Notes: generated by a model from the letters alone, not told the origin. DNA of 64,000 bases from Amoebidium appalachense (GCA_963693365.1 CAVNZM010000007.1:5267962-5331961); one strand, 5' to 3'. Shown: positions 39,906 through 51,980, numbered from the stretch's first letter. A program made the numbers and translations.

Positions 39906-41303
39906 ACACACGGACCCACAAGTACACGCACACTCACAGGCGCACATCCACCACCACACATCCACCACCACCATAATAGAAACTTATTGACCACACTTCC
40001 AAAACCCATTTCCAAGTCCCCCCCCCCCCCCTAAAAAAAAAAATAAAAAATAATAAAACAAAACCCTACCAAGCCAACCCAAAAAATGCCCAAGCACGTG
40101 CATACAAAACAATGGGGACCATTTACACACCCAAAATGCAGTGCACACTTGCCTGAAGGCACATGTCCAGCGTAACCATTTTTGTCACCAAACGCCGAGA
40201 ACTTAGCCGCCTGCTCCTCTGGGGGAAGTTCTGTCAGGCGCTGGTCGTGGGGGCGGAAATCGTTACGCTTTTTGAGTTCATACTTGGTCCAATGCAGCGC
40301 CCTCGAGTAATACAGGAGCCGCTGCTCGTCGTATCGCTGCTTGTGGAGCTCCGAGAGGAGGGTGGCAAAGGCGTTTGGGCCCACACCTTTGTCTGCCAGT
40401 GCACGCAACAATGTTACCACCTTTAGGTCGAGCCCACTGCGGTGGCTAAGGTAGGCCGGAAACTGATCACGCATGAAGAGTGGAAGGCGTTTAATTGTCT
40501 GGGGGGTTTGTGCCGGCAAAGTTTTTTTTGCATGTGTCACAAAAGTACCGGGCCGTGATAATGTAGTAGCAGCTGTCAAAGTCGATAACACGCCGTCCTA
40601 CGGGGTTGCTCATGAACCCATTGCGAGAAGTACGGTGTGGGTTGGGGTGGTTGTGGGGGTCCACGTAGTGATCATCGAAGGGGCACGGCACCATGAAACC
40701 GGGAGACAACCTTTCCGGAAGCCAGGCAAAACATCTGGGTTTGTAGAAAGGCGCTGGATCGCCCCCAAATTTAAAGCCTATAATGGGAGGTGGAAGATGC
40801 CACCCCACAGGCGTCTTCTCATCTTTGAGACTCTCTTTCACTGTGTGCAGGTGCGACTTGATTGTTTCGCCCGCCGCGTCAGAAAACTCCTCTCCACCGT
40901 CATCCCCGTCCGTATTATCTTCTCCCTCTTCCTCCCCTTCATCCTCGTCTACCCGGTACGCATCTGCTGCTGCATTTAGCAAAGGTTCCTCGTCGGGTTG
41001 CACCTGTATGTCTGGTGGGTGTGGAGCAGGGGCCCGATCCATTTCTCTTGGTAACGAATGGACGCTACCTGCCTCAACTACACGGGCCCTTATGTCGGCG
41101 GCCTTAGATAGAGGGGGCTGTTCGGGTTGTACGTTTACGTTTAGTTCCTGCAAAACAGCTTTGTTTGCCGTCCCAAAACCTGCAAAGTTCGCTAAAGGCT
41201 GAACAAATGCAGCATCTTTTTTTTTGCGCCCAGCTCCCTCCCTAGCTCCGCCTGTTTTATGCCCAGGGCGCTGTGTTGTGCCCTTAGGGCAGCCTGGCTT
41301 CAT
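33361..41303 (-). CDS. MULE-like DDE transposase (~1538 aa) with inserted DEDDy 3'-5' exonuclease domain; +1 frameshift in G-run 40501-40506
   Basis: Exons 41303-40153, 39177-38989, 37997-37167, 36688-36048, 35579-35373, 34959-33361; introns 1 and 5 are GC-AG. Motifs in order: GGAREGAGRKK; Cys/His region followed by LP...FPAYLSHRSGLD; VLKADHTF (D1); FFYTDRCC (D2); exonuclease VVGLDCEW / IGTDSAHL / SNW...YAALDAY; LNDAFH (DxxH); GCLSDP; RGTNEVEGAVH (E); C-terminal CKTC-x6-C-x8-C. Confidence 0.88.
38095..38390. repeat. Degenerate minisatellite in transposase intron 2
   Basis: About six recurrences of aaacccatgtg(c)ccac...tcc(t)tcccc at roughly 40-60 bp spacing. Confidence 0.8.
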
Positions 41304-41623
41304 TTTAAACACTTGGGGCCTGGCCCCCTGCCCCCCTAGTGCGACTACGTTACCGCAAACATTCCCGTATTCCAGTGTGCTCGGCAATGCTGCTCATGGC
41401 CTTCCCGGACTGGTTGTGACCAGTAAAGAGCGCGCCAATTCCTGACCGCCGCCTACAGCAGTGTATGATCTGTTATCCATATTCGGCAAAAGGGGTCTTG
41501 CCCAACCAATGGCTTGAATCCTTGTAACTTTGCTTTATCCATATAAGGTTAGCTGAACACCCCCCCCTCCAATCATACCCCCCCCTTCTCTCTAGTAGTA
41601 GCTCCTGGCATGCCGCACCCCCC

Positions 41624-42688
41624 ATATAAAAACTCACACCTATCAACATACTTGCGATTAAAAAGTTCAGCACAAAAGTGGCACCAGCGGCGATGAAAAC
41701 AAGAATTACAGCGCCACTGCACAACTTCCCAGGCAATATCAACATCAGAGCACCATACAGACTTATCTACTAGGGTGGTATCCATACGTATTTTTTTCCT
41801 TTTGACTGGATTTATTCGACGGAAAGATATATATGCAAGTATGCACGGCATACTGAGAAGACAATAAAAACTTCACGAGTTATCCAGTAACAAGTGCATA
41901 CTGAGATACCTGAACACTGTGTAAAAATCATATAAATACTCAATGTGACGACCAACAGAATTCAACAAAAAGTCTGAAGTGTTCAATTGCCAGCTAGTGT
42001 AGCAGACACCCGTAGGGAAAGAGGTAAAACGCGACATAAAAACTCACCTATCAACATGCTTGCGATTAGAAAGTTCAGCACAAAAGTGGCACCAGCGGCG
42101 ATGAAAACAAGAATTACAGCGCCACTGCACAACTTCCCAGGCAATATCAACATCAGAGCACCATACAGACTTATCTACTAGGGTGGTATCCATACGTACA
42201 GCAGGAGAAATGTATCCTGCCAAAGCTCCCAAAAAGCGATAATGATCAGTACGGTGTTCCCTAAGGAACATAACACATGCCGACTGAGTTTTACCTTTAA
42301 TTTCTCTATCAGAACAAGAAAGAAACTTAAACTGCGTATGGTAATAACACGAAAAGGCAGAAAAAACAGGAAGAGAAAAGAAAGAGGGAGTGAGATAGCG
42401 AGACGAAGAATCAGGTTGAAAGGGGGTAGGCTGAGGACATTCAGAAGTAGCGTTGGTGAATCGGGGGGGAAGAGGGATGGAGGGAGGGGGGGGAAAGAAA
42501 GCATAAAGAGGGTGACCATCAGGTATCCTAACTAAATGAAAACAAAAACGAAGAGACAATTCCTCCATACGACAAACAGCAGACGACAATCCAAACATAC
42601 TGATTAAGGGAGGCACAAACCGAGTACGAAACAAAGTGCGCCGCGCAGTACCCTGAAAATCGTCGAACCATCCCATGCTTTTAGCGTG
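41624..42688 (-). mobile_element. LINE family B: rest of the interrupted copy (41624-41790) fused to a second, longer 5'-truncated copy (41791-42688)
   Basis: 41634-41790 duplicates 42044-42199. ORF 42044-42676 (DDFQ...RMEELSLRFCFHL...DGHPL...VQWRCN...CHFCAEL.NRKHVDR) parallels the post-RT region of family A. Candidate TSD acgagctc at 30315-30322 and 42689-42696. Confidence 0.85.
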
Positions 42689-42959
42689 ACGAGCTCCCGC
42701 GAACCGTTAACTCAGCCGGATTTTTGGTTCGAAATTTCGGTTTATCCCTAGTATATTTCGGCTATCTACTCGGTCATCGCGGTCGGGAAATAAAGTCCAT
42801 TATATAAATAAAAAAAATTCGATTACATTCCGAATTTCTGGGCTCCTCCACAATATTCACTGCCGCCGAAGTAGGTGTCAGATGGTATAGGACGGCAGTA
42901 ACTTCAACTCAACCAGGTGGTGGTGGTGGTGGTGGTGGGGGGGGGGGGGGGGGGGGGGG

Positions 42960-43148
42960 TTTGAATGCGGAACACGGTACAAAGTACGCATACACGACGA
43001 GAAGCATGGGGGGGGGGGGTTGAATGCGGAACACGGTACGAAGTACGCATACACGATGAGAAGCATGGTGCAGGACACATGCAACGGCAAATATTCAAGT
43101 ATGCAACATCATCCATGCGCACAGTATGCGTCATAAGCAGAGCCCATC
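42960..43148. repeat. ~130-bp dispersed G-run-associated repeat (partial plus full copy)
   Basis: tttgaatgcggaacacggtacgaagtacgcatacacgatgagaagcatggtgcaggacacatgc...agcagagcccatc. Further copies at 54128, 54582, 55018, 56246 and 58302; diverged copies near 19990, 47285 (reverse), 56687 and 57465. Confidence 0.92.
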
Positions 43149-43353
43149 GGGGGGGGGGGGGGGGGGGAGGGAGGGGGGGGGGGGGGGTACCAGGTCTTCC
43201 AGCTCGTCATCTGTGTATATGTCTGTCATAGCATCACTATCCGAACCCTCCCCTATGTCATGACACATTTTCTCGGGTACCGAGCTAGTGCATGGCGTAC
43301 CCAAATTAGTGTCAAGTGAAATAACCAGGTATAGAGTTACAAGTTTTGATGAA

Positions 43354-43712
43354 TTATAGATAGACATTCTGCCATGTCATTTTGACACCGTCATATGAGT
43401 TGGCCGTTGCCTCGTCCTGAACGGCACATTTAATGATTTTATCGTTCAGAAAGTCTGTAGGTGGATGTTTAATCTCCATCTTTTCCCCCGAATAAGTCTC
43501 CATACATCGCCTATAATTGGCGACAGTGGGTAGATAGACCTTGTTCCGATATTCCACCACATCCTCCCGTTCGTGCCCGTCGCAGTAGAGACCCTTGTTT
43601 TTCCTCTTGTACCGGTACCCAAGATGGTGGAACCACCGCCTAGCGCGCTTGTCGCTTAGTGTGAGGGTTTTGAGCGCACCACCCGGACCGGTTACACCAA
43701 GTTCCTCAGCCG

Positions 43713-43760
<48 letters not shown>

Positions 43761-44636
43761 GGTGGATAGGAGGGAGAGGGGGGGGGGAGGGGGGGGGGGG
43801 GTTGGTTACACACCTTCTTAGCACATTCACGCAGATATTGCACATCCACCTCCTTGCGCTGCCGCAAGTGCTGTACTACCCGCTCCCTAAAATCAAGGTC
43901 CTGAATCAAAGACTTGCTACGCCCAGCCTGCCGTCTTGTCGCTGTGGGAAGTAAACCCGTGCGCAAAAAACGGTTTGCATGAAGGCGAATTCTTTTCCCA
44001 TACGAGTCGGCATTTCCCTTCGGGCGAACAAGGATGGCTGCTATTTTTCCCGCGTGCACACGCTTAAAGCGCCTAGAAAGAAACACAAATAACCGTGGCT
44101 GGCTCTTCCATTAATATGGGGGTTTCGTGTTGCCCCTGCGAAAGTAGCTGGGCACGCCCATTGTTTTTGTTTTCCACCCGTTTAAACGCCCCCTGGATTG
44201 TTGGGTTTCCTAGCAAACCCAGTGACCTACGAGCCTTATTCATCTCTGTTCGCTTCCTCTCCTGACTCTTTTCGCTCAAACCGTCACGTATGGGGGGCCT
44301 CTTATCAAGCTCGATTTTCGCTTTGTTTTTCCGTGACTCTCCGGAGAGGTGTTGGGACAACCGTGCCTCCCCTTGTTGGGCACGAGTTTGCCTGAATTGT
44401 ATGCTAGGGAGGGGCTCTAACAGGTCTATCATATCGGGTGTGTCGGTGTCTACAACAGGCTCGGGTAACTCAGAATCGTCAGCCTCCTTGCCCCCATCAT
44501 CCTCGCGGCCCTCACACATGGCTACACGTTTACCAGGCCTGAGCTCTGCAGAAAGCTCTCCCGCAGAACGCTTCAACTTAACGGGGGCCTTTGCCGCTGT
44601 TCGGCATTGTTTGGTCCTATTGCTAACACGCCCCAT
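43354..44636 (-). pseudogene. 3'-truncated IS630/Tc1/mariner-like transposase of the YxDGHERxDV type
   Basis: Exon ~44075-43812 is HTH-like (YGKRIRLHANRFLRTGLLP...KSLIQDLD). After intron ~43811-43714 the frame reads RARRWFHHLGYRY...GLYCDGHEREDVVEYR...AVQDEATANSYD and stops soon after the first catalytic D. N-terminal ORF starts at ATG 44636; its junction to the next exon is unresolved. Confidence 0.75.
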
Positions 44637-44873
44637 GGTTATGCTTCACTCAAACTAACGCCGCCCCTGGTCCCGAGCGGGGAACCAAGAGCGGCACTTC
44701 TAGCACAAGGCAACAACTACAGGCTATGGGTAACCATTTGCTAGCAACTAACCCACCCTGCCGAGCCCCCTCCCCGAAAACCCCTACCCACCAACTCAGA
44801 TGGTGTATCAGTGAAATTTGTGAGAATGAGCTTCTGAAATAAAGGCCACAGACAAGTGCCAGTGGTATGGCTC

Positions 44874-45079
44874 GACAGGTCTCGTCGAGACGAGTCCAAA
44901 ACTGCAAAGAAAGTGCTTGGTCGACTATGAGGGTATCGAGATATGCATGTGGTAAAAAGCGATGACGTCATATGCACCCCTCATCGGGGTCAAAATTTTC
45001 ACTATTAGAAAAACTTTTTATTTTTCAAGATTTTTCAGCCGCTCAAAGCGTAGCCCCCAAGCACTCGATGAGACCTGTC
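44874..45079. repeat. Inverted 16-bp motif pair upstream of the Tc1-like transposase (possible subterminal motifs)
   Basis: gacaggtctcgtcgag at 44874 vs ctcgatgagacctgtc at ~45064, one mismatch. Confidence 0.6.
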
Positions 45080-46467
45080 CAAAAATGCAATTTGCGCCCC
45101 ACCACACCCACATTTACATGTTTTATTGAGCTGGATCTATCCATATGATCGGAGTTTCCGGAGGGGTCGATCTACGATGTCCGGCACCATATGTCCCCCT
45201 CTCTCCTTTGAGAAACCCTCGACTTTTCCGGATTTCCAACCGTTGATCGAAAGCGGCTCGATCCAAGTCGATCGCGAGCGATCGGAGCCGCTAGCGCCAG
45301 TGCACTCATGACATGCATGACCGTTGTTTTTCCTGGCCGCTTCGAAGCCTGCAAGCCCCTTCAGCTCAAAGATGCACTGAGATTCTTTCACAAACGATAA
45401 TATTAGCTTGCAGGCCTTTATGATTTTATCTTGCAGAAAACACGCACACACGTAGGCCTTCGTAACATATATTTTGTGGACCTGCTTACACCAGGAAAGT
45501 GGTTTCTTCAACTGCCTGTATTCCCTCCCTCACCCTCCATTGCAAGAAACATGAACAGTGGCACGGCGCAGTTCCACGTGCCGGTGAAGCCGCTGCTGGA
45601 GCTGGCAGCAGAAGATAGGCTCTCAGACGAACTGGTAGTGTCTCTAGCAGGCCAGCCAGCACTGCGAGATGCGGGGGAGTACATAACACCAAACACCAAG
45701 GTACCGCCAAAAAATTGCTTGTTTAATTGGGGGGTGAATTGAAGTGCTTGTTGGTGGATGCACGTGCTAGGAGTTTCCTCGTTTTAGCGAGACATATAGC
45801 TGGAGTTTGTTAGACTCGATAGAATGCCAGCGGAGGGGAACTGACATTAGTACAAAGCATCGTGAAAAGAGGAAGACAGCTTTGTGTGTAGCGGGGGGTG
45901 GTGTGTGTGTGTGTGTGTGTGTGTTGGGGGGGGGGGGGGGGGGGGGGGGGAAGCAGGTTGGTAGGAGTGCATATTGTGTACATGCGTATATGTGTGTGTG
46001 CGTGTATCCCTGTGTGTGTGCGTGTGTGTGCGTGATTATGTCTGTCTTTGTGTGTGGGGGGGTGGGGAGAAGGGGGGGGGGGGGGGGGGAGGGGGGAGGA
46101 GAGAGGAGGGAGGTACATGACGTGCTCGGTTCGACTAGAAGAGAGGATAAAGTGGACATTCTTGGTTTAATCTCCCCCTACACGGCCTTTTCTCTCGAGC
46201 TTTGCTGTGCACCTGCAGTTCTTGCCTGAAAAATTGTGTTGTTACATTTGCAACTCCATCATTGGAACTTTGACTACAGATACTTTTTACAGCACCCGTC
46301 CCCTCTCTTTAGGCCTTCTGCGTCTCCGGTGTTCTGTGCTTTCCTTGATGCTTTTTTACTATCCTCTCTATGGCAATGTCACTGCGAGAACGCCGCTTGA
46401 TGTCAAAGAATCAAACCTGCTTTGGCTATACAAAACTCTCGGCTCGCCCCAACTAACCATCACAATA

Positions 46468-46716
46468 ATGTCCTCTCCGCGCCTTCAGATTCTCCTTGCG
46501 CTGGTGATTACAGCCGTGCAGGATGACTACGACTGGGACATTAGCTCCATGCAGGCCTGTGCCCGTGTGTTTGAGGAGCAAGGGTATGTCAGGCTGAGAG
46601 ACCTGGCGGCCATAGAAGAGTTGGAGCTGGACCTGTACACAGCACACCCGGACTTCCCTGCCGCTATGATAGCAGGCCTGAAGGTGTGCACTTTTATATG
46701 TCACTATGTGTGTGTG

Positions 46717-46768
<52 letters not shown>

Positions 46769-46791
46769 GTGTGTGTGTACACATACATACA

Positions 46792-46857
<66 letters not shown>

Positions 46858-46900
46858 CTCTTCCTCTCTCTCCCTCTCTCACTCTCTCTCCCCCCCCCCC

Positions 46901-46937
<37 letters not shown>

Positions 46938-47042
46938 CCCCTCTCTCCCTCTCTTTCTCTCTGTCTCTGTCTGTCTGTCCGTCTGTCTGTGTCTGTCTGT
47001 CTCTTTCCCCCCCTCCCTCGCTCGATATCTCCGGTTCTCTCG

Positions 47043-47077
<35 letters not shown>

Positions 47078-47148
47078 GATATATATATATATATATCCCC
47101 TCCCTCATCCCCTCCCTCCCCTTCCATCTTTCTCTGCCTCCCCCCCCC

Positions 47149-47214
<66 letters not shown>

Positions 47215-47582
47215 AACACAAACATATACACACACACACTGGCCTCCCTCCCCCCCCCCCCTCACCCCCTCCCCCCTCCAGAGGTTGGACTCTGCTTATG
47301 ATGTTTACTGTATCTTTCATGTGTCCGTTGCATTCTGCATTATGTTGTCCGTCACGAATGCGTACTTCATACTCCATGTTGCATTCTGTGCCCCTCCCCC
47401 CCCCCCTCCCACCTCTCTCTCTTCTTCCCCCTCCTCTCTTCCTCCCTGTCCCTCTCTGGACCCCTGTTCTCCCCACCTTCTTCCCCCCTCCCTCCCCCTC
47501 CCCCGCCCTGCCTCTCACCGTTTTCCATCTCTCGGTACAGACCACATGATGCTTTCTTTCTTCTCTCTCTCTCTCTCCCTCC

Positions 47583-47627
<45 letters not shown>

Positions 47628-47642
47628 CCTCCTTCCCTCCTC

Positions 47643-47675
<33 letters not shown>

Positions 47676-47813
47676 TCTCCCACTCCGTCGCGTTCCCTCT
47701 CCCCCTTCCCTCCATCCCTCCTATCATCCCCCCCCCCCCCCCTGTCTCTCTTCCCTCGCCACTCTTTTCCTTCCTCTCCTTCCCTTCCCCCCCTCCCCCC
47801 CCCCCCCTCTCTT

Positions 47814-47887
<74 letters not shown>

Positions 47888-48150
47888 TGTGTGTGTCTGT
47901 GTCTGTGTCTGTGTTTCTGGTGGAGGAGGAGGTCAGGGGGGGGGGGGGGGGGGGGGGTATGTGTTAGTGCATGTGTGCGGAGGAGGGGGGAAGGGGGGAG
48001 GAGAGAGAGGGGAGGGGTAGACCGTTTCAAGGAGGAACATCTAAAGCACATTTGAGGCTGAAGAGCATAAGCACACACGGGCATGTGTGTGTGTCAAGCA
48101 CACGTAAGCTATTATGTGCAGTCACAAATTGCTATGCACTCATCAAGTTG

Positions 48151-48188
<38 letters not shown>

Positions 48189-48351
48189 CCGCCGCCCCCC
48201 GCCTGCTCCCCTGCAACACACACAAAAATACACACGCACACCTCATCCCCCTCCCTCCGCCGCAAGCAAACACAACTCTACACCACCACATACATACATA
48301 TGCGGGCACACAACACCTATGCATGCACGACTATCCCTCACTCCCCTCCCC

Positions 48352-48382
<31 letters not shown>

Positions 48383-48626
48383 AGAAATACACATGCACAC
48401 CCGTGCGCGCTCACATGCAGACAGACACACACAAGCAGCCCTAGGCACGTGTACACATGCACACACATGTATGTATGCACACGCTTTTACACGACATCTT
48501 TAAACGGTTTCCCCACCCCTGCCCCTAACCCTAGACCTACGTGCGCCGCCCTCCCCCCCCCCCCCCCTCCGCATTCAAAACCCCCCCCCCCCCCCCCCCC
48601 CCCCCCACACCCACACACACATACAC

Positions 48627-48676
<50 letters not shown>

Positions 48677-48855
48677 CACACATACACATACACACACACA
48701 CACATACACACACGCCCATGCACACACCCATGCACACACACGAGAACTGACACGCACAGGCGCACACAGGCACATGCATGGGCAAAACCGAGTACATCGT
48801 GATCCATCCTATTGCACATATGCACGCATAAACACACACCACACACACACACACA

Positions 48856-48941
<86 letters not shown>

Positions 48942-50895
48942 CTCTCTCTCTCTCTCTCTCTCTCTGTTCCTTTCTCTCGCTCGCTTGCTCTATATCCCCC
49001 CCTCCCCCCTCCCCCCTCCCCCCACCCCCCCCCCCACCCCACCCCACCCCAGCCTTCCCCCCGCCCCACCAAAATAAGAAAAAAAAGAAAGTCAAGGCAG
49101 ATGCTAATTTTTGTCGTCAACTCTCACAGTCGGCGATTCAACGCGCCCACCAACCCGCGGGAACCAATGGCGGTGCCCCCGACCAACCAACTTCCCCTTA
49201 TTAAGGGGATCGGGAAGAGGCGATTGGACGAAGCCAACCAATCCCAACAACTGCACGCATCATCTTACAACCCCGGGACGGTAGCAAATGTGGGAGGCGG
49301 CGGCCTGGACGGACAGCCGGCGACGAAAAAGCACCGGCCGTCGATAGTTCTTTTCAACCACCCAGAGACACACACCGCCCAACCCGTTACGTCTCACCCC
49401 AGCACCCACGGGGTCAACACACAGACAACGGCAGGGACACCGGTTGGAAACATTTTGCTCGGTCAGAGAGCAAACGCAAACGTAAACATAAAGACCGACG
49501 CGGATTTTGATTTGTCGGCGATTGGGGGGAGCCAATCGGATGATGGGAAGGTGCACAGTATGAGGTATGTGCGACGGCAGGGCGTCGTTACAAACACAAA
49601 GGACGGGCTGGCCGGCGGTAGCGCTGGCGCGGGCGGCGGCGGCGGCGGGGGGAACAACGCAAATTCCGATGGAGAAAATGACCAATCAGAAGAGGTGGAG
49701 GAGTCGGACGGCGTCCAATCGGAAACGAGCGCCGCCGGGAAAAAACCGGAAACCCCCCCCCCTGTGTCTGCCCAGGCACCGGCGCAGGCGCAAAAGAAGA
49801 AAAAAGCGGAACAGCCTGTTCCAGCCGCTGCTGCCGCCGCCGCCGCGCCGTCGGAAACCTCTGATCAGGATTCTGTTTCGTCTCCCGCCACGACCGCCGT
49901 CGCCGAAGGCCAAAATAACCCCCCCCACAAACGCTTTTGTTCAACCCATGTACCCGGCCCCTTATCCCTGGGGCTACCCATGGCCAGTCGCGCCGCAATT
50001 TTTTCGCCCCATGGCGCCCCCCATGCCGCAAAAACCCCTGGCCACGCGCTACCACACGCTCCATGTTGGGGGGGGTCGGAAGGAACGATTTTCGGTCAGC
50101 AAAACGATTATGCTTCGGCCCCCCAAACCCTCTACACAGCAGCAGCAATCTCAGACCGCGATCTCTGGCGCCGTGCCCGGGGCAGGCACGGGTGCGGGGG
50201 TGGGTGCAGGGGGAGGGAGCGATTCCGACGTTGGAAACGGGGAGCCGGTGAGGTTTTACGAGCCGGAGGAAAAGTTGATATGTCCTTTCGGGTGCGGGAA
50301 GGGTTTCAATTCGAGGGATAAACTAGACGACCACGCAAACACACACACGGGCAAAAAGCCGTACGTGTGCCCGAAGGAAGGGTGCGGAAAGGCCATGCCG
50401 ACGCGACAGGCGCTGACAATGCACCAATCACGGGCGCATAGCAACGACTTGCCGCATAAGTTTGTTTGCCCTACCCCTGGGTGTGGCGCGTCGTTTCCTT
50501 TCAAGAGCAGTTTCGATCGACATGTGAGGGATGGGCAACATAACAAACAGCAGACGACGGGGGCGGGGGCGAAAACGGGCGGGCAAGGGCAGGCTAACGT
50601 GGACATAATCCCCCCCGGACAGCAAATTCGGCCGGCGCCGTCTCAGGCTCAATCGCTGCAGAATAATATGGGGGCTGGGGGGTTTAAGTTTAGCGGGTGT
50701 CAGATGTGCGTGGTGCCTTATTGCGGGAGGTGGTTGTATACGCGGGCTGAGTATGATAGGCACATTGCTGAGCACCAAAAGAACGGGCAGTGGCAGTTTG
50801 TGGCGCCTCAGGGGGGTTCAGGAAATGCGGGAAATTCTGGAAATTTGGGGAATGCAGGGAACGTGGGGGGTACCAATCCACCTGCTGCTAGCTGA
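46468..50895 (+). CDS. SAM-like domain, low-complexity linker and four C2H2 zinc fingers; two +1 homopolymer frameshifts (~49176-49180, 49919-49926)
   Basis: Exon 46468-46683 (VFEEQGYVRLRDLAAIEELEL...PAAMIAGLK) splices in phase 0 to 49130 (SAIQRAH), with a gctaat branch site. Fingers CPFGC...HANTH-TGKKPY-VCPKEGC...HQSRAH, CPTPGC...HVRDGQH, CVVPYC...HIAEH. The fingers are secure; the exon 1 link and the SAM call are less so. Confidence 0.75.
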
Positions 50896-51028
50896 ATTTA
50901 ATGTGAAATTTTGGGCTGTGCTTGTGTTATGTAGATAGTGCCGGGTGGATTTCATAGGATACAGGGACGATAACTTGATACTGGGGGGGCAGTTTACTGG
51001 TGGGGTGGGGGTGGGTGGGTGGGTGGGC

Positions 51029-51072
<44 letters not shown>

Positions 51073-51226
51073 GGACTCGAGTGTAGGAAATGGGATACTA
51101 GGGTGTTTCCCATGTGCCTTGTATTAGGACGATTTCACGTTCCTGTGCTATTCCGTAGGATTTTTAAGCCACTCTTGCCTATTGATCCGAAAAAAATGCA
51201 CCTCTTGCGGGGACACGCGTGTGCGT

Positions 51227-51293
<67 letters not shown>

Positions 51294-51980
51294 AACCTAG
51301 CCTTATACGTAGTCATAATCTTGTATCATTAACTCGTGGGCATACAGAATACACCCACGACACGGCTCTGGTGCTAATGTGTTTTGTACACGAGCATAAC
51401 CGTTTGAGCAAACACTTCATACACGTCCCTTTAGCCAGACAATGTGTGTTAAAGTTAACAGTAACTTCAATACAAAACACCGAAACCCACAAGTTCGGTA
51501 ATGTGTGAGAGGATATTGTACGTTCACATCAACCCCCCCCCCCCCCCCCCCTCCCCCCCCCCCCCTCCCCCCCCCCCCCCCCAAAAAAAAAAAAAAAAAA
51601 AAAAAAAAAACACGGGCACATGTGTGTGCGCACACCTACGTGCTCACACGTGCACACGGTGTGCATGCACAGTCACACAAACACACATGTACACTCACAC
51701 CGTGCACATGTGACGCAGCTGCAATGCCATATAGATAAACGATATACACACAAAGAAATGCACACACACATGTGCACACACACACACACACTGCACACAC
51801 ACACACACACACACACACCCACTCACACACGTGCATCTCACCCCCACCCACACAACCGAATCTCAGCAACCAGTGACCAGCTGCAGGCAAACACGTGTTC
51901 TGTACATATGTTCACAGGACACGGGAGACTCTACAAAACCTCTCTCGCAAAAAATTAAGCAACACATTTTTTTATATATA

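Larger units (their letters stand above)
30575..41623 (-). mobile_element. Full-length ~11 kb MULE/Mutator-like DNA transposon with exonuclease-containing transposase
   Basis: Splits a LINE sequence seen intact at ~42030 (gacataaaaactcacc). TSD acataaaaac (30565-30574) / atataaaaac (41624-41633). Termini align ungapped: GGcccGgGtacCATatCAGGAGC vs GGgggGtGcggCATgcCAGGAGC, 14/23 identical. The left end is confirmed by the copy at 3855. Confidence 0.9.

Noticed and set aside
42960-43148. 130-bp repeat as an introner element
   Set aside because: Copies lie inside introns or intergenic DNA and their ends do not coincide with splice sites.
43190-43270. Acidic exon-like stretch MCHDIGEGSDSDAMTDIYTDDELEDL
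   Set aside because: Has a donor, but no convincing partner exon or recognisable family.
30575-45079. Fanzor/TnpB RNA-guided nuclease as transposon cargo
   Set aside because: No RuvC I/II/III or zinc-ribbon pattern found in any frame examined; the extra nuclease is DEDDy type.
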